Of a stretch of DNA of 59,919 nt, positions 39,895 to 49,314 are shown one piece after another. Each line of letters starts with the position of its first letter. Within the stretch, counting starts at the first letter, position 1. The position numbers and the translations under genes were made by a program. The stretch covers positions 1-59,919 of the forward strand of contig JAAYVH010000027.1 of the NCBI GenBank assembly GCA_012517255.1. Direction: 5' to 3'. Below the pieces are notes generated by a model. The model ran no database searches and was not told the DNA's origin. It saw only the letters and a program-made list of their open reading frames with translations. The stretch is from Chthonomonadales bacterium (GTDB lineage Bacteria > Armatimonadota > Chthonomonadetes > Chthonomonadales > CAJBBX01).

Positions 39895-41211
39895 CTATGC
39901 CGACCGCCGCCGCCTCAGGCGATCCACCAGCACGGCGCCGAGGATGACCAGCCCCAGCACGCCCTTCTGCGTGTAGGCCTCGACGTTCATCAGGTTCATG
40001 CCGTTGCGGATGACGGCGATGATGAATGCGCCGACGAGCGTACCGAATATGCGGCCTTCTCCTCCCGAGAGACTGGTGCCCCCCACCACGACGGCGGCGA
40101 TGACGTAGAGCTCGTACATGAGGCCATACGTCGGCGAGCCGGCCTTCAGCTGGGATGCCGTTATCACGCCGCCGACGCCAGCCATCAGTCCCGACACCGC
40201 GTACACGAACAGGAGCGTGCGCGCGATGCTCACGCCCGACAGCCGGGCGGCTTCGGCGTTGCCGCCCACGGCGTAGATTCGCCGCCCCGTGGCGGTGCGA
40301 ACCATCATCACGTGCGCGCAACTATATATGAACAGCATCAGCGCAACAGCATTGGGCAGCGACGCAATCGCCTCGCCCCTGCCAAGCGAGGTGAACGCGA
40401 CCGGCACATCGTAGATGGTCTGGCCCCGCGCGAGGATGAACGCGAGGCCCGCAGCCACCTGCATCATGGCGAGCGTCGCGATGAATGGGGGAATGCGAAA
40501 CGCGGTGATGACGGCTCCCGAGAACACGCCGATCAGACCGCTCAGCGCCACTGCCCCCGCGCATGCCGCCACGAGCGCGCCGATCGAGGCCGACGCGCCG
40601 CCCATGCTGCGAATGAGCCACGCCGTCGCAACCGCCGAGAGCGCCACCAGACTCCCCACCGACAGGTCGATGCCGCCGGTGATGATGACCATCGTCATGC
40701 CGACGGCGATGATGGCGATGACGGCAATCTGATCGGCGACGTTGCGCAGGTTGGTGGGCGAAAGAAAGGCCGAACGTCCCCGAGCGGACGGGCCGAGCAC
40801 CTCGAGGCTCGCGAGGTCGGGCGCCGATGCACGCAGGCTGCTCCACAGCGTCCATGCGCTGGCCTCGGGAGTGGCGACTACGACGAGCGGTGTCTTCAGG
40901 TCGGCGGTCACCTGATCGACCCGCGACCGAACCTGTTGGGGAGTTCCGAGTGCGCGCAGGACCTCGGTCCGGGTGGCCAACGCCTCGCAGGCCGCCTCGA
41001 CAAAGGCCCTCCCGTTAGCGTCGTCACCGCCGACAACGAGGATACGAGGCGGTAGCCTGTCGCGGCGCAGCATCTCCTGCGCGACTGCGATGCCGCCTTC
41101 TCGGCCGGATGGTGCGCCTTCGGTCCATGTCGCCCATGTGAAGAACGCGCACAGTAGGAAGAGGATGGCCGGCATGCTGACCGCCGCCGGAAACGCTTTC
41201 GGGGTACGCAT
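39895..41211 (-). CDS. Ribose/monosaccharide-type ABC permease (RbsC family) with large inserted soluble domain
   Basis: GGIDLSVGS, IPPFIATL, GRRIYAVGGNAEAARLSG, YELYVIAAVVVGGTSLSGG. Confidence 0.9.
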   Translation of the reverse strand: MRTPKAFPAAVSMPAILFLLCAFFTWATWTEGAPSGREGGIAVAQEMLRRDRLPPRILVVGGDDANGRAFVEAACEALATRTEVLRALGTPQQVRSRVDQVTADLKTPLVVVATPEASAWTLWSSLRASAPDLASLEVLGPSARGRSAFLSPTNLRNVADQIAVIAIIAVGMTMVIITGGIDLSVGSLVALSAVATAWLIRSMGGASASIGALVAACAGAVALSGLIGVFSGAVITAFRIPPFIATLAMMQVAAGLAFILARGQTIYDVPVAFTSLGRGEAIASLPNAVALMLFIYSCAHVMMVRTATGRRIYAVGGNAEAARLSGVSIARTLLFVYAVSGLMAGVGGVITASQLKAGSPTYGLMYELYVIAAVVVGGTSLSGGEGRIFGTLVGAFIIAVIRNGMNLMNVEAYTQKGVLGLVILGAVLVDRLRRRRSA

Positions 41212-41260
41212 GCATGGACCGCCTAACGGTGTCTCTGTTCGACCGCGCAGGCCCGAAGCG

Positions 41261-42214
41261 TCACTTCAGGCTCGGGTCTTGTTCTGCATCCGCCTTCTTG
41301 TAGAGGCCGGTGGGAATCAGGGTCTCAGACGGCACCTGCTCGCCCGCGAAGTACTTTGCCACAGACTCGATGCTCAGCTTGCCGATCTTGTCGGGATACT
41401 GCATCGACGTGGCATACATCTTGCCCTCCTTGATGGCCTGCTTGGCCTCAGGCTGTCCGTCGAACCCCACCACCTTGACGCGGCCCATGCGTCCGGCCTT
41501 CTCGATGGCTGCGACCGCTCCGAGCGCCGACGGATCGTTGATGGCGAAGATGCCGTCCAGATCGGGATGCTTCTCGAGGATATCCTGAGCCGTCTTGAAG
41601 GCCGAGTCCCGCATGCCGCCGCCCGGAAGCTGGGCAACCACCGAGATGTCCTTGACCTTGCCGATAACCTCGCGGAACCCGTTGGTTCTCAGGATCACGG
41701 ATTCGACCTCGGGATGGTCAATGATCGCGACCTTGCCCTTGCCGCCGATGGCTTCGATCATGGCCTCTGCTGCGAGCTTGCCGCCGGCGAAGTTGTCCGT
41801 AGCGATGTGCGACACCACCCTGGCGGACTTGTCGAGGCACGCGATGTCCGCCGTGAATACGGGGATGCCGGCCTGGTTGGCCTCCTGGATGGAGGTCCCA
41901 ACCGAGCGTGAGTCGGCGGGACAGAGGATGATCGCCGCCACCTTCTTGCTGATGAAATCCTTCACCTGATCCTTCTGTCGCGCGGGATCCATATCGGCCG
42001 AGGTGATGACGACCTCATAGCCCCGAGCCTTGGCCTCGGCCTGCATGGCGTCGCCCATTACCTTGAAGAATGGATTCGCCAGCGTCAGGAGCGAAACGCC
42101 GATCACGGGCGTCGCAGGTTTCTGGCTCGCGGCAACGTGCGGCTTCTCCTTGCCGCAGGACACCGCCCCGAGCGCGAGCGCCGCGATGACGCCCAGGATG
42201 CCTATTCTTCGCAT
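41261..42214 (-). CDS. Sugar ABC substrate-binding lipoprotein (RbsB family)
   Basis: Lipobox GAVSC, NPFF, TDNFAGG, FAINDPSALGA, VVGFDG, QYP; GGAGG SD before ATG 42214. Confidence 0.9.
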   Translation of the reverse strand: MRRIGILGVIAALALGAVSCGKEKPHVAASQKPATPVIGVSLLTLANPFFKVMGDAMQAEAKARGYEVVITSADMDPARQKDQVKDFISKKVAAIILCPADSRSVGTSIQEANQAGIPVFTADIACLDKSARVVSHIATDNFAGGKLAAEAMIEAIGGKGKVAIIDHPEVESVILRTNGFREVIGKVKDISVVAQLPGGGMRDSAFKTAQDILEKHPDLDGIFAINDPSALGAVAAIEKAGRMGRVKVVGFDGQPEAKQAIKEGKMYATSMQYPDKIGKLSIESVAKYFAGEQVPSETLIPTGLYKKADAEQDPSLK

Positions 42215-42361
42215 ATGCTTCACCTCCCGCGACCCGAACCGGTCGGGCCGAATCGCCGGGAACTTCGCCCCCTGCATCAGCTTTTCCTGCTGCCGCGCAG
42301 CCGTACCAGGACCCGTCCGCGGCGGCGGCATGTGACCCAGCTCAGCGCATCCCCTCGACGG

Positions 42362-42390
42362 AAAACGGGCTGTCCGCAACGGACAGCCCG
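42362..42390 (-). terminator. Intrinsic terminator after DUF1559 gene
   Basis: CGGGCTGTCCG/CGGACAGCCCG stem followed by TTTT on the minus strand. Confidence 0.75.
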
Positions 42391-42436
42391 CAGTTCCGAT
42401 GGAGCCGGCAACGGCGCCGGCGGCATCCTTCGTGTT

Positions 42437-43213
42437 CTAGTTGGCCGGCGAGAGATTGCCGCGGGTCATGTTCTCCCACTTCATCCACTTGGCATGACCG
42501 TCAACAAAGGCGACGTTCTGGCCACCCGTGTGGCGGGTGGAGCTCTCCAGCTCGTTCTGGCTGTAGTTGGCCTTGAACCATGCGGCGTCGTGGCCGTCCT
42601 GCCAGATCAGGCAGCAGCCCTGGTTCGAGAACGCAGCGCGGCACGCGATCTGGACCATCTCCGCCGGGTTCGTTGTCTCCCACGAGTTGACCAGGCCGAT
42701 CGAGGAGTCCATGAGCATGGCGTAGTTCGCCGGGCTCTTCACTGCAGCGAGCTTGCGTCCGCCCATCAGCGCCTCGTTGATGCCGTAGGAGATGAAGTTC
42801 GGATTGTTCGGCTTCTCCCACCAGTAGCGATCCGCCCAGCTTGCGAACGGGTCATGGGCGCCGGCATCGGGTCCCTGACCGGTCCAGTCGTTGACCGTCG
42901 GCCACTCGAGAGCGTCGCTCGGGCACTGATACAGCTTGATGGACTTGATGTACGGCAGAGCGCACACCGACCAGTACGAAGCCGAATCCATTACGAAGCG
43001 CTGACCCCAGTTCCAGCCCGTGAACTTCTCATCGTTGTCCTGGGTGTACATGAGCTGGGCGAGGGCCAACTGCTTGGTGTTGGAGAGGCACGAGATGGAC
43101 CGTGCCTTCTCGCGAGCCTGTGCGAACACAGGGAACAGAATGGCTGCGAGAATCGCGATAATCGCGATGACGACGAGCAGCTCGATCAGCGTGAAACCAC
43201 GTCGTGACGACAT
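42437..43213 (-). CDS. Prepilin-type N-terminal methylation / H-X9-DG (DUF1559-like) protein
   Basis: [40 protein letters not shown]; [14 protein letters not shown]. Confidence 0.92.
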   Translation of the reverse strand: MSSRRGFTLIELLVVIAIIAILAAILFPVFAQAREKARSISCLSNTKQLALAQLMYTQDNDEKFTGWNWGQRFVMDSASYWSVCALPYIKSIKLYQCPSDALEWPTVNDWTGQGPDAGAHDPFASWADRYWWEKPNNPNFISYGINEALMGGRKLAAVKSPANYAMLMDSSIGLVNSWETTNPAEMVQIACRAAFSNQGCCLIWQDGHDAAWFKANYSQNELESSTRHTGGQNVAFVDGHAKWMKWENMTRGNLSPAN

Positions 43214-43259
43214 CGTTGTAGACCTCCGTGTTTCTGTGGTGATGCTTGCGATTGCGGGT

Positions 43260-43514
43260 CTATCGAGGACCCGATTGTTGGGGCGTTGCCCACTGGGTTG
43301 TGGCGCCTGGACGCGCGACGGGGGCCGAACCCTCCTGTCCCTTGAGCGTGAAACCCCGCTCTTTCATCATCTCGCGCATCTTGGCCTGCTGGTCCATGCT
43401 CATGGTCTTCTTGCCGGTTCCGCGCCAGATGAACGCGCCAGCAACGGCGACTACGAGCACGATGACCACAATGGCGACCCAGGGCGGTATCTCTGGGCCG
43501 GACTTTATCGCCAT
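43260..43514 (-). CDS. Small single-TM protein upstream of the DUF1559 gene
   Basis: AAAGGAGG SD; [24 protein letters not shown] segment, low-complexity tail. Confidence 0.75.
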   Translation of the reverse strand: MAIKSGPEIPPWVAIVVIVLVVAVAGAFIWRGTGKKTMSMDQQAKMREMMKERGFTLKGQEGSAPVARPGATTQWATPQQSGPR

Positions 43515-43601
43515 CTTGCCTCCTTTCTCCCGTGTAAAGCACTGCGGCGCTTCGGACTCGCCCTGTCTGCGCGGCCGGCAGTCCGCTGTTGCTTACACCG
43601 T

Positions 43602-43630
43602 ATTATAGGTCCGACTCGCCTAAAACGCAA
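43602..43630 (-). promoter_or_regulatory. sigma70 promoter of small-TM/DUF1559 operon
   Basis: Minus strand TTGCGT-17 bp-TATAAT. Confidence 0.75.
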
Positions 43631-43743
43631 GCCGATCGGACGGCTCCATGTAACCGGTATGCTTTCCGATGACAGTAGTGCGTCGCCCACAATGTCGAAG
43701 ATTCGCGCTCCCCGACGAATCTCCTCCCTGCCGGCGCTCGATT

Positions 43744-44736
43744 CTAGGTCCACCGGAATACGACGGTCAGTTGCTTGCTGTCTGGTTTCGACAACTCCCG
43801 ATATATCTCCTCCGCATTTTCGGGAGATTCTTCGGAACTGATCCATGACCGCGCATCGAAGCCGCCCTGCGCCATGAGTTCCATCACCCGCGCGCGATCG
43901 CCCCGCGTGCAGTCCCGGGGAAACTTCAGGACAAGCTGCTTGAGGAACGCGTCCTGATAGGGTACCGGCAGCACGTCCGGATAGCTCCCCTGGACCACGT
44001 AGGTCGTGGGTTCGATCGGCGCATCCTCCCACGGCACGTCGCGCGCGATCCGTATCGCGTCATTCATCACCCGAGCGTTGCCGGTCACGTCCGCAATAAC
44101 GTCCGGCCCCTCCGGTATATGCGGCCCGAGCGCGGCGGCAAGATCGCCGGACACCAGCTCGGCCTTCGTACCAAGCCTTCGCGCCGTTTGGACACGATCG
44201 GCGTTCACGTCGCAGGCGACCGCCCTGCAGCCCAGAAGCGCATACATCCGCGCGCACATCTGTCCCAGAACGCCGAGCCCGATGACGGCGACCGTGTCAC
44301 CCGGGGCAGCGCCGGACACGATGCTGCCATGATAGGCGATGCCCGCGAGATGCGCGAAGCTCGCTTCGAGGGTGGATACGCCCCGAGGAATGTCGATGCA
44401 GGAGTCGTCCGGCGCAATCGCATGGGACGCATGGCCCCCCCACATGCGCGCAAGCCGCCCTGCATCCGCAGTGCCGTTCAGGTAGACCATGGCACCCGGC
44501 TCGAATCGTGCTCCCGGGCCTGCCTCGATCACTTCGCCCGCCATCGCATAGCCCGGGATGAACGGCCACGGAGCCGGATTGGGCTGCTTGCCGGCAAGAC
44601 AGCGCAGTTCGGTGCCCGGGCTGATGCACGTATGGTGCGCTCGGACCAGCACCTCGCCCGGTCCCGGCTCTCGCACATCAAAGTCATCGAGACCCACGAC
44701 GCCCGGGCCGCGAAACACGATCGCGCGGGCCTTCAT
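43744..44736 (-). CDS. MDR-family (zinc-ADH-like) dehydrogenase
   Basis: PGPGEVLV, CISPGTE, PGY, Rossmann GLGVLG; start overlaps the upstream stop (ATGA). Confidence 0.85.
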   Translation of the reverse strand: MKARAIVFRGPGVVGLDDFDVREPGPGEVLVRAHHTCISPGTELRCLAGKQPNPAPWPFIPGYAMAGEVIEAGPGARFEPGAMVYLNGTADAGRLARMWGGHASHAIAPDDSCIDIPRGVSTLEASFAHLAGIAYHGSIVSGAAPGDTVAVIGLGVLGQMCARMYALLGCRAVACDVNADRVQTARRLGTKAELVSGDLAAALGPHIPEGPDVIADVTGNARVMNDAIRIARDVPWEDAPIEPTTYVVQGSYPDVLPVPYQDAFLKQLVLKFPRDCTRGDRARVMELMAQGGFDARSWISSEESPENAEEIYRELSKPDSKQLTVVFRWT

Positions 44737-45743
44737 GCGCCCACCTCGAAGGCGCGGCGCGGATTCTCCACGATCAGCGATTTCACCTGGCTTCGCTTCA
44801 TCCCTTCCCGTTCCAGCATGGGGATCAGATCGCGGACGAGCGGCGTGAACGGCTTGATCTCCCCGCCGCCAGCCTCGCCGACGTGATACCATCCGGCATC
44901 GTGCGAAAGAAGCAGCCGCTCCGCAGGGCCCTGTGCGAGAAACGCGGTAATCAGCCGGACGTGGTCGGCCAGAGGCTTCCAGCCGATGGAGTCATACTCC
45001 ACCCACGCGCCAGCGTGGGCGACGTCGAGGTGGAACTTCATGTCCCCCTCGGCGTCGGCGTGAACGAAGATGAACCGCGACAGCGGGAGCCGTTCGTCGC
45101 GAAGCAGGTCGAGGCACTCCAGCGCTGCCGGTCCGTGTCCCGTATGACAGGCAATGGTGAGGCCAGTGGCGCGACTGCACCGCGCTGCCGCTCTGACGAT
45201 GGTGCGCTGCACCTCGATGAGCTTTCCAGGGTTCACAGCGATTTTGATGAAGCCGGGCCGGATGCCCGTTCCTTCGATCCCCTCCCGCCATTCGGCCGTC
45301 CATCGCGCCGCGAGTGCGTCGGCGTCCTCACGCAGAGCGTACTCTGGTAGGTAAGGCTCCTTGTACAGTCCGGTGTTCGTCAGGATGTGCAGGCCGCTTG
45401 CCTCCGCCAACCGTCGGAGCAGCCGAACGTCCCTGCCAAGGTACATCGGCGTGCATTCGACGAACCCGGTAATCCCGGCCTTGCGGGCTGCCCGAAGATG
45501 CGGAAGCATCGCGGCGAACACCTCGTCGGCGTTCCAGCGGTGGGGACCGGTCTTGTCGGCGCCGATGAAGTCCACCATGACGTGCTCATGAGGCAACGTG
45601 CGTCCGAACCTTGCAGGATCAATCGCCCCTCGAACGGTCATGATGATCCGTTTTGGTGCAGCCGCCTCCGTGGCATGCGGCGCGGCGGCTAGGCTGGCCG
45701 CGGCGCCGACGATGAGGTCGCGGCGGGTGATCGGAGCGTCCAT
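44733..45743 (-). CDS. Phosphotriesterase-family (PTE/PHP) metallohydrolase with Tat-like signal
   Basis: TLPHEH, GFIKIA, CHTG, VHAD, LSHDAG; N-terminal TRRDLIVGAAA. True start far downstream of the 47414 ORF start. Confidence 0.88.
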   Translation of the reverse strand: MDAPITRRDLIVGAAASLAAAPHATEAAAPKRIIMTVRGAIDPARFGRTLPHEHVMVDFIGADKTGPHRWNADEVFAAMLPHLRAARKAGITGFVECTPMYLGRDVRLLRRLAEASGLHILTNTGLYKEPYLPEYALREDADALAARWTAEWREGIEGTGIRPGFIKIAVNPGKLIEVQRTIVRAAARCSRATGLTIACHTGHGPAALECLDLLRDERLPLSRFIFVHADAEGDMKFHLDVAHAGAWVEYDSIGWKPLADHVRLITAFLAQGPAERLLLSHDAGWYHVGEAGGGEIKPFTPLVRDLIPMLEREGMKRSQVKSLIVENPRRAFEVGA

Positions 45744-45917
45744 ATATTCCATATTCGGCCATGCGTCGCGCGATTCCTGCTCTCGCGGAGACACCGAAGC
45801 CGGCACGACACGCGGTTTTTTTCTCTTCGCACAGAAGGATTCCGCATGCGCGCGTCGAAAACACCGTCTGACGAGACCGCGCCGCATCATCCCAGGCGCG
45901 GCCGTGGAGGTACAGAC

Positions 45918-47237
45918 ATGCGTAAGACGATGTTGCTGGGAGTCTATGCCTGTGCCGGCATCGCTGCGTTCGGCGCGCTGCTTCTGGCGGCATCCGGAAC
46001 CGGCCTCGCTCAGGCAAAGCAGCTGCAGCTTAAGCCCAAACCCATGCCGGATGCTGTGTGCGTGAACTGCCACAAGATGACCACGCCGGGCATCGTGGAA
46101 GACTACACGCTCAGCAAGCACCGACAGGTCATGGTCGGTTGCGCCACCTGCCATGGTTCCGACCACAACTCGCCGGCCAACGTGGACAAGGCGAAGATAC
46201 CGACCGCCGATACCTGCGGCCAGTGTCACTCGGAGCGTGTGGCGCAGTTCAAGAAGGGCAAGCACGCTCTCGCGTGGGCTGCGATGAAGGCCATGCCGAC
46301 CATGCACTTCCAGCCCATGGCGCTCACCGAGGGCATGAAGGGCTGCGGGGGATGCCACAAGATCGGGCTGAAGACCGAGCAGGAGATCAAAGAACTCAAG
46401 GATCAGGGGCAGGGCTACGGCAGAGCATCGTGCGATGGGTGCCATACCCGACATACCTTCTCGGTAGTCGAGGCTCGCCAGCCTCAGGCGTGCCAGACCT
46501 GTCACATGGGCTTCGATCACCCGCAGTGGGAGATGTACTCCGCATCGAAGCATGGCGTGCGCCATCTCCTTAAGCAGAACAAGACCCTGCATCAAGGCGC
46601 CTCGGCGCCGACGTGCCAGACGTGCCACATGCCCGGCGGAGACCACGCGAACGAGACGGCGTGGGGCTTCCTTGCGGTGCGACTGCCCATGCCCGAGGAC
46701 AAGGAATGGGCCGCAGACCGCGCGACGATTCTGCAGGGGCTCGGCGTGCTGGATCCGGAAGGCAAGCCGACGGCACGACTGGATGTCGTCAAGGCCGCCA
46801 ACGTGGCCAAGCTCACACAGGAGGCCTGGCAGGCCAAGCGTGACGAGATGATTGGCATCTGCAGTCAGTGCCATTCGCGCAAGTTTGCGACCGGCGAACT
46901 GCAGAAGGGCGACGACATGATTCGCCAGGCTGACAAGCTCATGGCCCAGGGCATCAGGATCGTTGCCGGACTCTATGAGGACGGCGTGATCAAGAAGCCC
47001 GAGCACTACGCTCACCCGTTCCCTGATCTTCTGGCGTTTCATGACGCGACCACCGAGGTCGAGCAGGTCCTGTTCAAGATGTTCCTCGAGCATCGGATGC
47101 GAGCGTTCCAGGGCACTTTCCATGCCAACCCGGATTACGCGCTGTGGTACGGCTGGAGCGAGATGGTGCAGGACCTGACCAAGATCAAGGAGCTGGCTGC
47201 CAACATGCGAAGGGTCGCCGGCAAACCCGCCGAATAG
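45918..47237 (+). CDS. Octaheme cytochrome c, hydroxylamine oxidoreductase (HAO)-like
   Basis: Eight CxxCH motifs, CHTRHTFS..EAR, CHMGFDHPQWEMY..SKHG, FHANPDY..WYGW; signal peptide; GGAGG SD. Confidence 0.9.
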   Translation: MRKTMLLGVYACAGIAAFGALLLAASGTGLAQAKQLQLKPKPMPDAVCVNCHKMTTPGIVEDYTLSKHRQVMVGCATCHGSDHNSPANVDKAKIPTADTCGQCHSERVAQFKKGKHALAWAAMKAMPTMHFQPMALTEGMKGCGGCHKIGLKTEQEIKELKDQGQGYGRASCDGCHTRHTFSVVEARQPQACQTCHMGFDHPQWEMYSASKHGVRHLLKQNKTLHQGASAPTCQTCHMPGGDHANETAWGFLAVRLPMPEDKEWAADRATILQGLGVLDPEGKPTARLDVVKAANVAKLTQEAWQAKRDEMIGICSQCHSRKFATGELQKGDDMIRQADKLMAQGIRIVAGLYEDGVIKKPEHYAHPFPDLLAFHDATTEVEQVLFKMFLEHRMRAFQGTFHANPDYALWYGWSEMVQDLTKIKELAANMRRVAGKPAE

Positions 47238-47255
47238 CGCACCTGCCTTCCGCTT

Positions 47256-47311
47256 CCGAGACGCCGCACACCGGCCCGCGATCGTCGGCGGGACAGGGTG
47301 CGGCGTTTCGG
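47256..47311. terminator. Long GC-rich hairpin after the cytochrome gene
   Basis: CCGAGACGCCGCAC / GTGCGGCGTTTCGG outer stem with inner CCCGC/GCGGG; no clear U-tract. Confidence 0.5.
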
Positions 47312-47352
47312 CTCTGCGGGTACGATGGGTCATTCCATCGGGGAGGTACGCA

Positions 47353-48159
47353 GTGACACGGGACGCCAGGACCGCCGGCGGCGCTCGCCGCGATCGGCTC
47401 AGGGATACCGCCATAGGACTCTACATGGGTTCGCTCGTCTGGATGGCGCTCGTCATGACCAGCATTCCCAAAGCGTTCCTGGAGTTTGACCGATGGTGGG
47501 GCATCTTCGTGTTCGCCCCTCTGTGTGCACTCATTCACGGGACGCGAGCGCGCTGGCTCGTATGGGCCACAGGCGGCATGGTGATCCTGCTTTTTGTGCT
47601 CGCCGTGGCGACCCCGTTGTTCACAAGGGCTGCGCGCTCGCTGGTCCGAACGGACGAACTGCGGAAGGCCGACGCCGTGATCGTGCTGTCTTCCGCGACG
47701 ACGAAGGAGCGGCGTCTGGACGAGTACGGGTTCATTCGCACGATCGAAGGCATGAGGCTCGTCAGCGACGGATGGGCTCCGACGCTGGTGCGCACAGAAG
47801 TTGGGGGCGACTTTCCGCGCGCCGATGCCGATATTGCGGAACTTGCGCGCCTGTGTGGTCGTCCCCATATCGAGGTTATCGGCCCGGTGTACAGCACGCG
47901 GGATGAAGCCACACGCTTCGCCGATGTCGCTCGCGAGCGTGGATGGGAACGAGTCATTGTGGTGACCTCACCCTATCACAGCGCCCGAGCGGCAGCGGTT
48001 TTAGAGAAGGTGGGCATCACCGTCGTCTCGCACCCGTGTCCCGAGCGCGAGTTCGCACCCTCGAACCCGAGGAGCATGAAGGAGCGACTGGCCGTATTGC
48101 GCTGGTGGCTGTATGAGCAGGTGCGCTGGGCGCTCTACAGGGCGCGAGGCTGGGTCTAG
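47353..48159 (+). CDS. YdcF/DUF218 family membrane protein
   Basis: N-terminal TM helices, ADAVIVL, STRDEA, VVTSPYHSARA, YE near the C-terminus. Confidence 0.85.
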   Translation: MTRDARTAGGARRDRLRDTAIGLYMGSLVWMALVMTSIPKAFLEFDRWWGIFVFAPLCALIHGTRARWLVWATGGMVILLFVLAVATPLFTRAARSLVRTDELRKADAVIVLSSATTKERRLDEYGFIRTIEGMRLVSDGWAPTLVRTEVGGDFPRADADIAELARLCGRPHIEVIGPVYSTRDEATRFADVARERGWERVIVVTSPYHSARAAAVLEKVGITVVSHPCPEREFAPSNPRSMKERLAVLRWWLYEQVRWALYRARGWV

Positions 48160-48198
48160 ACGTCAGAACTGTAACCGGCACGCCCTGACATTCTGTTC

Positions 48199-48227
48199 TT
48201 GACAACTGAGCAAGGGTGTTGTACTCT
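48199..48227 (+). promoter_or_regulatory. sigma70 promoter of the second DUF1559 gene
   Basis: TTGACA-17 bp-TACTCT. Confidence 0.7.
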
Positions 48228-48400
48228 AGTATTTGACCGTTGTAGGCATTGCCTCGTGCGGTGAGTCGCTACGTCCTTAGCGACATCCGGGACGAGGCCC
48301 CGAGGCGACGTGGGCCGGGTTCGGCCGGAGCTGTCGCTGTCAAGTCGTGAAGTAGTTGCGCCAAGCCGCAAGTCTCTAAGCTTAGAGGGAGGAGCAACTG

Positions 48401-49219
48401 ATGAACCATCGTGAGCGATCAGGCTTTACCCTGATCGAGCTGCTCGTAGTGATCGCGATCATCGCGATCTTGGCCGCCATCCTGTTCCCCGTGTTCGCTC
48501 AGGCGCGCGAGAAGGCGCGGCAGACCTCCTGTCTCGCCAACACCAAGCAGATCGCCCTGGGTACGCTGATGTATGTCCAGGATTATGATGAAGTCCTTCC
48601 GCTCGTGTACGACCTCAACACCCTCGGCTCCTGGACCGACCGCATCCAGCCGTACGTCAAGAACTGGGATCTCATGTTCTGCCCGTCCGGCGGCGGCAAG
48701 CGCTTGCCCGCCACGCTGAATGTGTCCGCCAACCGATGGTGGGGCTGGTGGCGGTACTTCACGCAGTACGGGTTCAATGCGACCTATCTGAACCGTGCCA
48801 ACTACGGGTGCGGCAACATCATGGTGAATGGCAACGCGTTTGGACCGCCGGTGCCCGTCGCTGGCGCGACCAAGCCTGCTGAGACCGTGATGATCGCCGA
48901 GTCCGGCCAGATCGGCACGGACATCAACGTAGGCTCGCACATCGTCTATGCGCCGGGTGGACTGACCGCAAACGACGTGTGCACCTACGGCGACTGGGGC
49001 CAGCCCAATGGCGGCGTGTGGTTCGCCATGATCGGCCGGACCAACACCGGCTTCTTCTATGCGCGCCACAACGACGGCGGCAACGTCGCTTTCCTGGACG
49101 GACACTCGAAGCATCTCCGCCCGGGTCAGGCGGCCGCCGGCACCAACTGGACGCCCACCACTGCCTACGGAGCGGTCCAGATCATCGATCGCTCGCAGTA
49201 CATCTGGGATCTCGACTAA
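48401..49219 (+). CDS. Prepilin-type N-terminal methylation / H-X9-DG (DUF1559-like) protein
   Basis: [41 protein letters not shown]; [14 protein letters not shown]; GGAGGAG SD. Confidence 0.92.
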   Translation: MNHRERSGFTLIELLVVIAIIAILAAILFPVFAQAREKARQTSCLANTKQIALGTLMYVQDYDEVLPLVYDLNTLGSWTDRIQPYVKNWDLMFCPSGGGKRLPATLNVSANRWWGWWRYFTQYGFNATYLNRANYGCGNIMVNGNAFGPPVPVAGATKPAETVMIAESGQIGTDINVGSHIVYAPGGLTANDVCTYGDWGQPNGGVWFAMIGRTNTGFFYARHNDGGNVAFLDGHSKHLRPGQAAAGTNWTPTTAYGAVQIIDRSQYIWDLD

Positions 49220-49314
49220 CCGGCTGAGCAGTTCTGCGGGAGCTTGATGCTCCTCCCGGCTTGCGCCAGCATGCCGGTCGGTAAGTCATGTTCGCTAGAG
49301 AGCGGGGCAGGCCG

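Noticed and set aside
37951-41055. 1034-aa plus-strand ORF opposite polA and the permease
   Set aside because: Antisense shadow of two well-supported genes; no recognisable domain.
45744-47414. Apparent 893-aa phosphotriesterase with long N-terminal extension
   Set aside because: The extension is the antisense frame of the octaheme cytochrome; the real start is near 45743.
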